A stretch of DNA of 64,000 nt, taken from positions 256,661 to 320,660 of the forward strand of contig CAZNJU010000001.1 in the NCBI GenBank assembly GCA_964573625.1. The letters run 5' to 3'. The stretch comes from Candidatus Woesearchaeota archaeon. GTDB lineage: Archaea > Nanobdellota > Nanobdellia > Pacearchaeales > GW2011-AR1. A model generated the notes under the pieces. The model was not told where the DNA came from. It was given only the letters and a program-made list of their open reading frames with translations, and did no database searches. Made by a program: the position numbers and the translations under genes. This document shows, piece by piece, positions 1-9,885 of this stretch. The first letter of the stretch is position 1. Every line of letters starts with the position of its first letter.

Positions 1-205
1 TATTAAATGTTGGCGCAAAGAAGTCATGCCTTGAAAAGCAATCCTCTACTTTATGACCTAAAATACCTGCCTCGATAAAACGAGACTCGTATGAATGAGA
101 AAAATACGCATTCACTCCGAGATAAATTCCCGCAAAAACAATAAGAAGTAGTGCAAAAAAAGGTCCGAACATGACTATTTCGCCTCCAATACCTCTTTTA
201 TGCAT
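1..205 (-). CDS. pilin-like protein, partial (class III signal peptide; C-terminus beyond window)
   Basis: Minus-strand ATG at 203-205 gives MHKRG|IGGEIVMFGPFFALLLIVFAGIYLGV, a basic residue and Gly followed by a hydrophobic helix. This is the archaeal prepilin (PibD/FlaK-type) signal pattern. The reading frame runs off the window start. Confidence 0.4.
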   Translation of the reverse strand, partial: MHKRGIGGEIVMFGPFFALLLIVFAGIYLGVNAYFSHSYESRFIEAGILGHKVEDCFSRHDFFAPTFN

Positions 206-617
206 GAGCGTTTCCTCTCGAATAAATAGTAAACTGAAACGTATTTCCTACAAGACGAGCATTCCGTATCTCAACATCATTAAAAAAAGGAAATCTGCTA
301 ACACTATTTGAGTCTAAACGTACTTCAACCAGTCGATTTACATTGTCAATCGTGATTATCTGCTCTGGCGCAACCTTATGCTTTGAAGCTATATCTATCG
401 CTCGAGAAACATCTAAAGTTACTTCGCTCGTTGAACCAAGTGCATCAACGGTCAATCCGATTTCTTTAGCATAAAAATCTTGCCATAGTAGCGTACCATC
501 CTGAAAAGCTACTATATACATGAAAAGTCCAAGAAAAAAGACTGCAAACAAAATAATGTAAATCAAGTTACTTGCTAGAATAGTGTCAGAGTCCCCTCGC
601 TTATTCATAATCCTCAC
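198..617 (-). CDS. pilin-like protein with class III (type IV prepilin) signal peptide
   Basis: N-terminus MNKRG|DSDTILASNLIYIILFAVFFLGLF. It lies in tandem with other KRG-motif genes next to the FlaI/FlaJ homologs. Confidence 0.5.
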   Translation of the reverse strand: MRIMNKRGDSDTILASNLIYIILFAVFFLGLFMYIVAFQDGTLLWQDFYAKEIGLTVDALGSTSEVTLDVSRAIDIASKHKVAPEQIITIDNVNRLVEVRLDSNSVSRFPFFNDVEIRNARLVGNTFQFTIYSRGNAHA

Positions 618-638
618 TACTCAAATAACCATATAAAG

Positions 639-1256
639 CTAACGAAAAGTCGTAGAAATAGGAACACTCGGTTCTGAATGATATGCTGCACAACTGCTAT
701 AATCAAATTTAGAGTCTCCAGAAGCAGATAAAGAAATGGAAGAAGACCCTCTTGCAATAGATATTTCAGATAATAAGGAAGTTAATGGAATACAACTTCG
801 ATAAAAAGTTACAGTAGTCAGTGCAGGAGGTGCACCAGTACCTGCCGCCCCCAAATTAACCATTGAATCAAACGGACGCGAGGAAACATTTACTTTCTTT
901 TCAGACACCCGTTTACAAATCCCGCTTTTCTGACATACAACCGTGGAAGCAGAGCCCGGACAAATACAAACGCATCCTTGATTATAACATCGATCTGGTC
1001 TAGTTGAGTCATCGGCAGACCATCCAGCAAGATACCAACCACTTATCCCTTGAATAGTAACATTTGCAGTTACTCCTTCAGGAACTACTTGAGCCTTGGA
1101 AATTATTGAGTCAAGAACGACCTTCGCCTTATCATTTTCTTGATTTGTATTAAGATCATACAACTTCGCGAAAGCATAAACGAAAACAACAATACCTATT
1201 ACTGCAATAACTATACCAAGAACATTGTTCGTAAAAAAATCACCTTTTTTTTCCAT
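639..1256 (-). CDS. Cys-rich pilin-like protein (class III signal peptide)
   Basis: The likely true start is the internal Met giving MEKKG|DFFTNNVLGIVIAVIGIVVFVYAF. The mature part is Cys-rich (CYNQGCVCICPG...CQKSGIC). The track's N-terminal extension overlaps the upstream gene. Confidence 0.45.
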   Translation of the reverse strand: MEKKGDFFTNNVLGIVIAVIGIVVFVYAFAKLYDLNTNQENDKAKVVLDSIISKAQVVPEGVTANVTIQGISGWYLAGWSADDSTRPDRCYNQGCVCICPGSASTVVCQKSGICKRVSEKKVNVSSRPFDSMVNLGAAGTGAPPALTTVTFYRSCIPLTSLLSEISIARGSSSISLSASGDSKFDYSSCAAYHSEPSVPISTTFR

Positions 1257-1258
1257 AG

Positions 1259-2314
1259 TTACGGAATGCTCTGTACCCCTCCGGCACAAAGTGTGTTAAT
1301 ATCTCGTACGTTATAAGGTAACGTCTGGATCAGTGAGCACCCATGTCTAAATCGATCATCATTGCTTATTGATTCTTTAAGCACCGACTCTGACGCGACC
1401 ACTCCGCGACATTGAACGGCTGCGGCATATTCTCCTGCAAAAGCATTTGAAATACTATATGCTGCGATTCCTGCCTCTGCAAGTCCTAAAACTAGACCTG
1501 TCTTCAATCCCCCAGGAGCCTTAAGTTCAGTACCAAAAATACCATATGCCCAATTGGTCGCAACATCCTGCCATGCCTTAGGTTTATTCTGTGCAAACAC
1601 GATCGCCAGTTGATTACCTGAAGATATACCTTCAAGTCCCGTCTGAGAAACAGATATCTTCTTAGGATCATTTCCGCTCAAGTAAGAGTTAACTTGTTCA
1701 ACACTTGGATAACTATTAAATTGCATATCTGTAAATGCATCAAGATAACTAATGCGATAATCTGGCGGAAGCTTCTGTTGCTTCAAGTATTCTCCAAGGT
1801 TAACCTTTTCAGGAAGTTTCGCGGCTACCACATCATTTCCAAGAGCAACTCGTGTACATATGACGCATGTTGCCTTTCCAAGATCCGACTCGCTCAACCC
1901 AAAAGATTTCCAAGCAGAACCATATAGATCTAATTTACCAGTTCCCATCATCTTCCAACAATCATACATATTGTTAGCGAGCGTTTGCTCAATAGTGTTT
2001 CGCATCTGAGATTCATCTCCAGAAAGACGTATATTCTCTACATTACTCTCTCCAATAAACTGAGGACATTCGTTCTGCTTTCCAGACAAACTTATACAAA
2101 TTTTACTCGTTCGACACTTCAAAGGTAACGACGCCTGAGAAATATCGGGGGCGGTTGCCCTTGTTAAAACAGAAACGCGACATAGTTCGCTATCAGAAAC
2201 ATTCTGATTATTGAAAATAGTGTACAAAAAAACAAGCAAAATAATAAAGCCAACAAGAGCAAGTATCAAAACAGTAAGTTGTGTTGAAGTTATTTCCCCT
2301 CTTTTTGTCGTCAT
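1259..2314 (-). CDS. pilin-like protein (class III signal peptide), 351 aa
   Basis: N-terminus MTTKRG|EITSTQLTVLILALVGFIILLVF. It is part of the tandem pilin array. Confidence 0.5.
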   Translation of the reverse strand: MTTKRGEITSTQLTVLILALVGFIILLVFLYTIFNNQNVSDSELCRVSVLTRATAPDISQASLPLKCRTSKICISLSGKQNECPQFIGESNVENIRLSGDESQMRNTIEQTLANNMYDCWKMMGTGKLDLYGSAWKSFGLSESDLGKATCVICTRVALGNDVVAAKLPEKVNLGEYLKQQKLPPDYRISYLDAFTDMQFNSYPSVEQVNSYLSGNDPKKISVSQTGLEGISSGNQLAIVFAQNKPKAWQDVATNWAYGIFGTELKAPGGLKTGLVLGLAEAGIAAYSISNAFAGEYAAAVQCRGVVASESVLKESISNDDRFRHGCSLIQTLPYNVRDINTLCAGGVQSIP

Positions 2315-2482
2315 CTAAATCATAGAGTAAAGAGGTTTATAACGATTACGTAAACCTCTTATAAACAAGATAAATAGCAGAAAGTGCTGCAATAATGAAA
2401 AATATCCAAAGTATCCAGCCAGTTACTGAATCACCTACTTGTGCTTTTTTCATAATAAAAAATAGAAAACTATCTATTAAAC

Positions 2483-4096
2483 TTATGTATTTCGTAACGG
2501 AATATCGTTAAGCTTCTTGCCATTAAGAACATATAACTCTCCAAGGACATCCCATGTAAACGGCTCTTCAGGAGGTTCACTAATCAAATTATTTCGGAGT
2601 ATAATTCCGTTCTCAACTGTTCCCGCTGAACGAGTAGTGATAGTACCTGAAGTAGTCTCGAAGACAAGAAAATATTTAGAACCTTCAAAACTTGACATTC
2701 GTTTAACGTAAAGACCAGTATATATTCCAGAATAATACAAGCGAGTTATATCCGTATTCACGACCTCACGTGAAAAAAGAGAAAAATCCTTTTTAAGAAG
2801 CGCTTCTCTTTCCTGTGCCGCATTTTCATACATTCTAAAATCATTTCCAAGTTCATAGTACTTTGTCATAATCCCATCCACAAATAAATCCGTGTTCATG
2901 ATTTGACCGTTAGCATCGAGAGCCCCACTCTGTTGAAGAGTTTGTATAGAAATAATATTTGGTTTACCTTTGAATTCAAAAGTTATACTATCGAGCACTG
3001 GTTTTTTACCCCAGTAGCCTGTACCCAGTATTCCTGCGTATTTGCCATCTAATTTACGAGTCGCAAGCATCAAGCCATCATAGAAGTGATTTGTTTCTGA
3101 GCCTTGAAATATGTAGAAGTCTGATGCATGATCGCCAGTATATGTCCATTCATCTTTACCGGCATTCCAAGAATAAACATGTGGAGCACCATTAATTGAA
3201 AAATGAATAGATACGTCGCTCGCATCGCTAAAACGTATAGGATATGGATCAACCTGTTTCACACACGAAACAAATTTTTCTTCAGTTCCTTGTACAGGCA
3301 TGTTAAAGTCAATGTAAATATAGTTCTTTAGCTGTTTGACACGATATGCTTCCTGCATAGGAGACTTATCTTTAGTAAATGAAACTGAAACAAATTTTTC
3401 ACATTGGCCATTCTCAAGTAATTGGTCTCTCCACGAAGACAACTTAGAAATATATGGAGTATAACGTTTCAACTCGTCACTTGTAGCTTTTTCAATTCTG
3501 AAAGGTGCTGAATGTAAGACATAAAGCTCATCATTTGAGTTTACAAAAATTCTTGTTTTATACGTGCCAAGCTCATTAGAAGCCAGTTCATCAAGTGCAT
3601 AAACATAGGTACCCTTATCTGCAAAAGCCGCATTTCCCAGACCTTCAATGGAAACAGGTGTTCCCTGCGAATGATAGAACAGAGATGTCTTGCCTGCTAG
3701 AGGTACAGCGTGAAGAATTCTCCAAGGTTCAGGCAGTTCAAAGAAGTTTGCACTTTTTCTATCAGTATTAAAATAGAAATCAATAAGCTGCTCTCGTAAA
3801 GAAGAAGGTATATCATACGAACCTATAGAAGCAACGTTATTAGTTGTCTTAAGAGGTATCCAGGCGTTTCCGCTGAAATAAACTAAGCGTAAGTCATTAG
3901 AAAGATCTATCCCAACTGAAACAACATTCTCAGTCAAAGGATTAGCGCTAGAGTTATATCCAGGTATAAAATTATTAAAAAAGCTCCCTATCGATCCAAA
4001 TTTATCAGTGCTTGCAACAACGATAGCAACAAGAAGAACTGCTGCAATAATCAAAGTAATTATCACACCGCTCGAAAGTTCACCTTTACGGTTCAT
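2483..4096 (-). CDS. large pilin-like / pilus-associated protein (class III signal peptide), 537 aa
   Basis: N-terminus MNRKG|ELSSGVIITLIIAAVLLVAIVV followed by a large beta-rich extracellular domain. Confidence 0.5.
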   Translation of the reverse strand: MNRKGELSSGVIITLIIAAVLLVAIVVASTDKFGSIGSFFNNFIPGYNSSANPLTENVVSVGIDLSNDLRLVYFSGNAWIPLKTTNNVASIGSYDIPSSLREQLIDFYFNTDRKSANFFELPEPWRILHAVPLAGKTSLFYHSQGTPVSIEGLGNAAFADKGTYVYALDELASNELGTYKTRIFVNSNDELYVLHSAPFRIEKATSDELKRYTPYISKLSSWRDQLLENGQCEKFVSVSFTKDKSPMQEAYRVKQLKNYIYIDFNMPVQGTEEKFVSCVKQVDPYPIRFSDASDVSIHFSINGAPHVYSWNAGKDEWTYTGDHASDFYIFQGSETNHFYDGLMLATRKLDGKYAGILGTGYWGKKPVLDSITFEFKGKPNIISIQTLQQSGALDANGQIMNTDLFVDGIMTKYYELGNDFRMYENAAQEREALLKKDFSLFSREVVNTDITRLYYSGIYTGLYVKRMSSFEGSKYFLVFETTSGTITTRSAGTVENGIILRNNLISEPPEEPFTWDVLGELYVLNGKKLNDIPLRNT

Positions 4097-4248
4097 CGGA
4101 ACCTCATAAGATCTTTGAGATAGCTAATGAGTCCAGTCCCCTTCCCGCTTAATCCAACATAAATGAGTACAACAAGCACAAGAACAATAAGCGCAATAAT
4201 CCAGGGGATAAGAGTGTCCCAGACAATAAACCCTTTTTTCTTCATAGA
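4093..4248 (-). CDS. small pilin-like protein (51 aa) using internal Met of the 73-aa ORF
   Basis: An internal start gives MKKKG|FIVWDTLIPWIIALIVLVLVVLIYV, a class III-like signal. It overlaps the stop of the downstream pilin gene by 4 nt, which suggests the two are co-transcribed. Confidence 0.3.
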   Translation of the reverse strand, partial: SMKKKGFIVWDTLIPWIIALIVLVLVVLIYVGLSGKGTGLISYLKDLMRFR

Positions 4249-4329
4249 AATAAAGAGAAAAATGTTATTATAAATGTGCCGCATAGTGAACTTTATAACG
4301 TCTTTAGCCCTCACGTTTAAATAAAAAAG

Positions 4330-6480
4330 ATGGGTTCCACAGACGAGATTCTTGCAAAGTATAGTCAGAAAATTGAGTCAGAGATGTCCAACGATGAAGA
4401 AAGTTACTCACGAGAATACCTCTCATTCAAAGAAGATATGCTTCCTGAGCTTTCACGCTATCAACGTCTCGTAAATACGCTAAATTTCGTTAAAGTTCAT
4501 GCATCTCAAAAAGACGAAGCCCGTTTACAAAAATACTTGGACGTTGCACACCTTGCAGTAACCCCCTCTCAAGCAATAACCTTTGCAGCGCTCTCATTTA
4601 TTGCTTCATTACTATTAGTTGTTGCAATAACGGCATCACTTTTCTTCATTCAAGGAAAGGTTCAACTAATGTTTTTGTTTCTAGGAGTAATAGTTTCTCT
4701 TTTTGTTTTTTATTACACTTATTCATATCCTAAACGTCTGGCTAATGCGTGGAGATTGAAGGCATCTTCACAAATGGTTCCAGCAGTTTTATACGTCGTA
4801 GTATATATGAAACACACATCTAACCTTGAAAAAGCAATAGAGTTTGCAGCACAACATCTTGAAATACCTCTAGCTCTGGATTTTCGAAAAATATTCTGGG
4901 ATGTTGAAGTTGGTCGATTCTCAACACTTAAACAGTCACTCGACGTCTATCTTGAAAGTTGGAGAGATTATGCTCCAGAATTTGTTGAATCATTTCATCT
5001 TATAGAGTCAAGTCTCTACGAACCTTCCGAATCTAGACGTGTTCAAACATTAGAGAAAGCGCTACAAATTATTCTTGATGGAGTATATGAGAAAATGTTG
5101 AAATATTCTAGAGAAATTCGATCACCTCTTACGAACATATACATGTTAGGAATTATCCTTCCAACATTAGGGCTTGCACTTCTCCCGCTTCTATCAACAT
5201 TAATGGGTGGCGTTGTACAGTGGCAGCATATTTTCCTTCTTTTCAATGTGATTGTCCCATTTATGGTCTTTTATATGACTTCAGAAGTTCTACTTAAAAG
5301 ACCTGGAGGATATGGTGAAAGTTCAGTATTAGAAAAAAACCCAGATTACCCTAAGTTTATATCGAGAAAGCCCTGGGTTACAGCTTTTCTTATCTGCTTT
5401 CCACTTTTAATAATTGGACTCTTGCCATTTGTATTCCAAATGTCTTGGATGAATACGCTAGGATTCAAAAGCGATTATACTTTCCAAGAGCTTCATGTCC
5501 CTTTTCTGAGTGATTCAGGAATGAAAATATTTGATTTCAAACAAGTCAATGGTGCGACATCGGGACCATTCGGAGCCGGTGCTGCACTCCTAAGCCTTTG
5601 TGTGCCTCTCTCAATAGGATTATTCTTTTCGCTCGTATATAAGAAGAAGACAAAAGAACTCATTAAATCGAGAGAGAAGACAAAAGAACTTGAAAGAGAA
5701 TTCAATAATTCACTTTTCCAACTAGGTAATCGTCTCGGAGACGGTATGCCGGCTGAAATAGCTCTTATAAGAGTTGCAGCAGCAACACAGGGTCAAAAGA
5801 CTCAATCTTTCTTTGCCATAGCAAATGAAAATATACAACAATTAGGTATGTCAGTCGAGCAAGCAATTTTTAATCCTAAACGTGGAGCAATAATTTACTT
5901 CCCCTCCGCGCTAATTGCAACAAGCATGCGCATTCTAGTCGAATCCGTAAAGAAAGGATTAGAAGTTGCTGCCCGTTCTCTTATGTCTATATCAGAATAC
6001 GTAAAAAACATTCAAAAAATAGATGATCGTTTAAGAGATTTGCTTGCAGAGGTAGTTTCAGATATGAAATCAAACATGACTTTCCTTGCTCCCCTTCTTG
6101 CAGGAATTGTTGTTGGTCTATCTGCAATGATAACTATGATACTTAACACGCTTCAATTAACAAGTGAGCTCGGTGGGCAACAAGCGCTGGGAGGTTTTGC
6201 ATCTATTTCAAGCATCACTGCTCTCTTTGATGTAAGAACCATGATTCCCCCATACTTTATTCAGATTTCAATAGGGCTCTATATAGTTGAAATAATATTC
6301 ATTCTCACAGCCGCACTGGTTACAGTTGATGCCGGTAAAGATCCTCTAAGAGAGAAATATGAACTAGCGAGAAATCTTAAGCGTGGACTTGTTCTTTATA
6401 TTTCAACTGCCTTGCTTTCGATCGTGGCACTTACGTTGCTTGCAGCAATTGTTCTTCCAGGAATAGGTACTCCTGCTTAA
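4330..6480 (+). CDS. type IV pilus/archaellum assembly platform membrane protein (FlaJ/TadC/PilC family)
   Basis: A 716-aa polytopic membrane protein with two cytoplasmic helical domains separated by TM clusters. It sits immediately beside the FlaI-like ATPase and the pilin array. Confidence 0.5.
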   Translation: MGSTDEILAKYSQKIESEMSNDEESYSREYLSFKEDMLPELSRYQRLVNTLNFVKVHASQKDEARLQKYLDVAHLAVTPSQAITFAALSFIASLLLVVAITASLFFIQGKVQLMFLFLGVIVSLFVFYYTYSYPKRLANAWRLKASSQMVPAVLYVVVYMKHTSNLEKAIEFAAQHLEIPLALDFRKIFWDVEVGRFSTLKQSLDVYLESWRDYAPEFVESFHLIESSLYEPSESRRVQTLEKALQIILDGVYEKMLKYSREIRSPLTNIYMLGIILPTLGLALLPLLSTLMGGVVQWQHIFLLFNVIVPFMVFYMTSEVLLKRPGGYGESSVLEKNPDYPKFISRKPWVTAFLICFPLLIIGLLPFVFQMSWMNTLGFKSDYTFQELHVPFLSDSGMKIFDFKQVNGATSGPFGAGAALLSLCVPLSIGLFFSLVYKKKTKELIKSREKTKELEREFNNSLFQLGNRLGDGMPAEIALIRVAAATQGQKTQSFFAIANENIQQLGMSVEQAIFNPKRGAIIYFPSALIATSMRILVESVKKGLEVAARSLMSISEYVKNIQKIDDRLRDLLAEVVSDMKSNMTFLAPLLAGIVVGLSAMITMILNTLQLTSELGGQQALGGFASISSITALFDVRTMIPPYFIQISIGLYIVEIIFILTAALVTVDAGKDPLREKYELARNLKRGLVLYISTALLSIVALTLLAAIVLPGIGTPA

Positions 6481-8751
6481 TTAAGAGTTAACTTGTCCAA
6501 TGAGCCAGCGTTTCCATTCCATAAAAACAACATCGCTAATAGGTAATCCAAGTTCACGCGTGACCTTATCGCTTATCATATGGAAAGAATCATTAGATCT
6601 TTTTACAAATGAAGCTTCTAATAACGATGGCTTGTTCAATCGTTTAGCAGTTGCAACAAGTTCCTGATGAATTTGTCCACGTAAAATGATATTGTCCATT
6701 ATCGCATCCCAGTTCCCAGCCCATCCTTTAACACTACCAGCAATTGATTTGATGACTTCGCAATCTCCATTGAGCAGTTCATCAGTAGGTTCAAGTTCAT
6801 CTTTTTCAACATTATATCTCATCAAGTCAACAAATCCTTTCTCTTCAAGAGGATCTTTTGTCCAGTGTTTTCTAACTTCTGCAATCTGAACAACTCTTTT
6901 GATAGAGTGAAGCCCATCAGGGGTTTTAATAGGGTTAGCCACAATAACGATATCCGTTGCCTTGAAACTTGTTACAGGTACGCCTAAGTCATTAACAAGT
7001 CTGTCGAAGACCCCATAAGGCGAAGCTCCGTGGATCGTACCCGCGACGACGTTTGCTAGAGCCCCTACTCGCATTGCTTCATACAATGCTTTAGCCTCTG
7101 AGCTTCGCACCTCTCCAACAATTAACGCAGAATCTCCCAAGCGCAAGCTCGCACGTATACCCTCGGAAGCTTCGATCTCGGTTGTTGCTTCGACAAGAGC
7201 ACTTCGAACTTTCATACGCTGGATATTATATTCTAATTTTCTTAGAGAATCAACTGGAAGTTCAAGAGTATCCTCTATAACAAGAATACGGTATTTCGGC
7301 ATTATCTCAAGCATAAGGCTTCCCAAGAGAGAAGTTTTTCCTGAGCTACGTGTTCCAGCTACGAGCAAAGTGCGTGAGCCATCGATAAGGAAACTGAGTA
7401 ACCCTGCGGCAAAGGGATTGATCATTTTATTGTTAACAAATAAAGGGAGTGTCCAAGGATCATCACGTGGACGACGTATGGCATATGCAATTCCCTGTGG
7501 AGAGAGCGGGCGCTGTATTGCTGCAACTCTTGCGCGTACCTTTCCATAAAAAAGATCAGTATCTAGAATAGGATTTGCTTCATCAAGAGGTCTGCCCGAT
7601 TGTAATCGAAGTTTTGCAGCCCAAGATTCTGCATCCTCGTAACTAGGAATTACATTTGTAACACACTCTCCGTATGTTTGATGTCTAACAAAAATAGGGT
7701 TTTGTGCGAGAGGAGCATTTAGAAAAATATCTTGTAATTGTGAATCAAGAAGAAGAACTTCTATGAGTCCAAAGCCAATGGTTTGCCTAACCAAAATACG
7801 AGCAAGACGATTAAGTTCCTTATAAGCGAGTGGAATCCCTTTGCTTTGAGAGAGTTCAGTAAGTAAATCCCTCGCAACTGTAAAAAAAACAGCTCTTGTG
7901 CGTTCAGCGTCGCTAAACTCTTCAGCTTTTGGCTGATGTTCAATAAGGACACTTCTTCCCAAGTTGAGAAGCATATGATGCTCCTCGCTTAAAGCATATT
8001 CCGGAGGCATAATATGATAAACATACGTCGACGCGTCTTTTCGTTTAAGAATTGTAACTATTATTGCCTCTTCCTCGGAGTCAATTTCATACTGATCAAC
8101 AAGTTCTGCATGTTCAGGTAGTTGTGCAACAAGTCTTGTAAAAGTAAAATTAGGTAAAATATCTGGTCTGAAAATAGACTTATAGATGGACCTATCGCCA
8201 TAAGTAGTTGTATCGATAATATCACTAATCGACTTGATAAGGCGTGTCTGCTCAACAAGAGCACGAGTGCGTTCAAGAAAACGAACATATGCTATTGAAA
8301 ATCTAGAATCATTTTGAGTGAGGGAAATTAATCTCTTAAGTTCTATAAGTGCTGAAACCGGATCCTGTCTAAGAAGATTAACAAAAGTGCTCAATTGACT
8401 ATAAACTAAGCCTGAGTCTCCATAAAAAGCGAGTTTCTCTGGGGAAAGTATGCGCTCTTGTTTAACGAGATAAATATAGAGTTGTGCAAACTCAATAAGG
8501 AGAGAAAGCTGATCAAAAGAATAATGATAATTTCGTTGTTGCACAAGAATGAGTCTGGAAACTCCTGCATGATCCATAAGAGAATCTACAACTCTGGCCA
8601 TAACCTCTTGAAAATCAGCAAGAGAAGGCGTAAAGGGCGCTCCTAGATAATTAACATATAAGATAGTCTCTCCCTCTTTACGCTCAACCTCTGTACTATA
8701 CAGAGGAGAGTTTTGCTTAAATATCATTGAACATTCGTGCCAAAACGGCAT
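6481..8751 (-). CDS. type II/IV secretion-system ATPase (FlaI/VirB11/GspE family)
   Basis: Walker A VAGTRSSGKTSLLGSL, Walker B/Asp box YRILVIEDTLELP and a His-box-like GTIHGASPYGVFDRL. The gene is tail-to-tail with the platform gene and shares a ttaattaa stop. Confidence 0.8.
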   Translation of the reverse strand: MPFWHECSMIFKQNSPLYSTEVERKEGETILYVNYLGAPFTPSLADFQEVMARVVDSLMDHAGVSRLILVQQRNYHYSFDQLSLLIEFAQLYIYLVKQERILSPEKLAFYGDSGLVYSQLSTFVNLLRQDPVSALIELKRLISLTQNDSRFSIAYVRFLERTRALVEQTRLIKSISDIIDTTTYGDRSIYKSIFRPDILPNFTFTRLVAQLPEHAELVDQYEIDSEEEAIIVTILKRKDASTYVYHIMPPEYALSEEHHMLLNLGRSVLIEHQPKAEEFSDAERTRAVFFTVARDLLTELSQSKGIPLAYKELNRLARILVRQTIGFGLIEVLLLDSQLQDIFLNAPLAQNPIFVRHQTYGECVTNVIPSYEDAESWAAKLRLQSGRPLDEANPILDTDLFYGKVRARVAAIQRPLSPQGIAYAIRRPRDDPWTLPLFVNNKMINPFAAGLLSFLIDGSRTLLVAGTRSSGKTSLLGSLMLEIMPKYRILVIEDTLELPVDSLRKLEYNIQRMKVRSALVEATTEIEASEGIRASLRLGDSALIVGEVRSSEAKALYEAMRVGALANVVAGTIHGASPYGVFDRLVNDLGVPVTSFKATDIVIVANPIKTPDGLHSIKRVVQIAEVRKHWTKDPLEEKGFVDLMRYNVEKDELEPTDELLNGDCEVIKSIAGSVKGWAGNWDAIMDNIILRGQIHQELVATAKRLNKPSLLEASFVKRSNDSFHMISDKVTRELGLPISDVVFMEWKRWLIGQVNS

Positions 8752-8801
8752 TAAATAAATTGCTATAGATACAAAACTATTTTAAACCACCTTCCCCTCA
8801 A

Positions 8802-9116
8802 GTGTTAATGCCTGAAGATTACAATGCTCAACAATACGCCACAGATGCCGCAACACGTCTTCGTGACCTCGAAGAAAAACAACGTCTCCTAAAAGAGAGA
8901 ATTTTACTTATTGGTCAGAATATCGTTTCGGAACGAGAATCTCTTTTTCAAGATTTACAAATGATAAAGAAGACATTATTCGAGCTAAAAGAAGAACAAC
9001 TTAAAATGAAAGAATTTGTTCAGAGATTATCCGAGTCAGTAACTGAGTTGGCACGAAAAGAGGAGGTTCTGACAATTCAACGCCAACTGGACATCCTAAA
9101 ACCCCACATACGATGA
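8802..9116 (+). CDS. coiled-coil protein
   Basis: 104 aa with heptad-rich sequence (LRDLEEKQRLLKERILLIGQ...). Its stop overlaps the start of the next ORF. Confidence 0.35.
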   Translation: MLMPEDYNAQQYATDAATRLRDLEEKQRLLKERILLIGQNIVSERESLFQDLQMIKKTLFELKEEQLKMKEFVQRLSESVTELARKEEVLTIQRQLDILKPHIR

Positions 9117-9883
9117 GTGTTCTTGAAGAGGTGAGGCAACTAAAAGATCAAGGAATGACTGACGATCAGATAGTTCAGATGATGCGAGATAAGGGAGTCC
9201 AGTATAGAGACATTTCTGAAGCGCTTGCGCAAACACAGATTAAGGCTGCGGTAGAACAAAAAGACGAGCCACAGGTAGCCTATCAAGCAGGACAGCAAGT
9301 GCAAGATGAAAACATGCTACAACCCTCTCTTTTGGCTGATGCTCAAGTGCCGCAAGGAACACAGGCTCAATACGCTCAACAAGGACAGCAATATCAGCCC
9401 CAATACTATCCAGGTCAAGACCAACAAATGCCTCAAGCACAGAATTACCAATATCAGCCCCAGCAGCAACAAGAACAGCAATATGCTCCGACAGATGCTG
9501 GGCAACAAGACTATAACCAATATAGTTACCCGCAGAGTACAGAAATGATTTCAGAGATAGCTGAACAAATCGTAGCAGAAAAGATGTCAGATCTTAGAAA
9601 AAATATTGAGAAAGTGATTGACTTTAGAACTTCTGCTGAATCAAAAATACAATTCATTGACGAGCGTCTTAAAAGGCTTGAGAAAGTGATTGACACGCTC
9701 CAGAGCTCCGTTCTAAGAAAAGTAGGAGACTATGTAACTAACGTAGAAGACATTAAACGAGAGATTGTAGAAACTCAGAAGACGTTCTCAAAACTCGTAC
9801 CGGGAAGACATCATCCACAGCAAACACATCAGCATCCACATAATCAGCATAATCAACCCAAACACCACCCTCATAAAAAATAA
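9113..9883 (+). CDS. Gln-rich low-complexity protein with coiled-coil segment and His-rich C-terminal tail
   Basis: The central part is Q/Y/P-rich (QQGQQYQPQYYPGQDQQMPQAQNYQYQPQQQQEQQ). The C-terminus reads HHPQQTHQHPHNQHNQPKHHPHKK. Confidence 0.4.
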   Translation: MSVLEEVRQLKDQGMTDDQIVQMMRDKGVQYRDISEALAQTQIKAAVEQKDEPQVAYQAGQQVQDENMLQPSLLADAQVPQGTQAQYAQQGQQYQPQYYPGQDQQMPQAQNYQYQPQQQQEQQYAPTDAGQQDYNQYSYPQSTEMISEIAEQIVAEKMSDLRKNIEKVIDFRTSAESKIQFIDERLKRLEKVIDTLQSSVLRKVGDYVTNVEDIKREIVETQKTFSKLVPGRHHPQQTHQHPHNQHNQPKHHPHKK

Positions 9884-9885
9884 AC

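Noticed and set aside
1694-1927. Short ORFs antisense to or nested in long CDSs (e.g. 1694-1927, 2517-2711, 3070-3252, 5043-5246, 5493-5705, 20686-21139, 38094-38285, 40373-40729, 41269-41748, 50232-51220, 52600-52913)
   Set aside because: These are shadow frames inside well-supported genes with no independent motif support.
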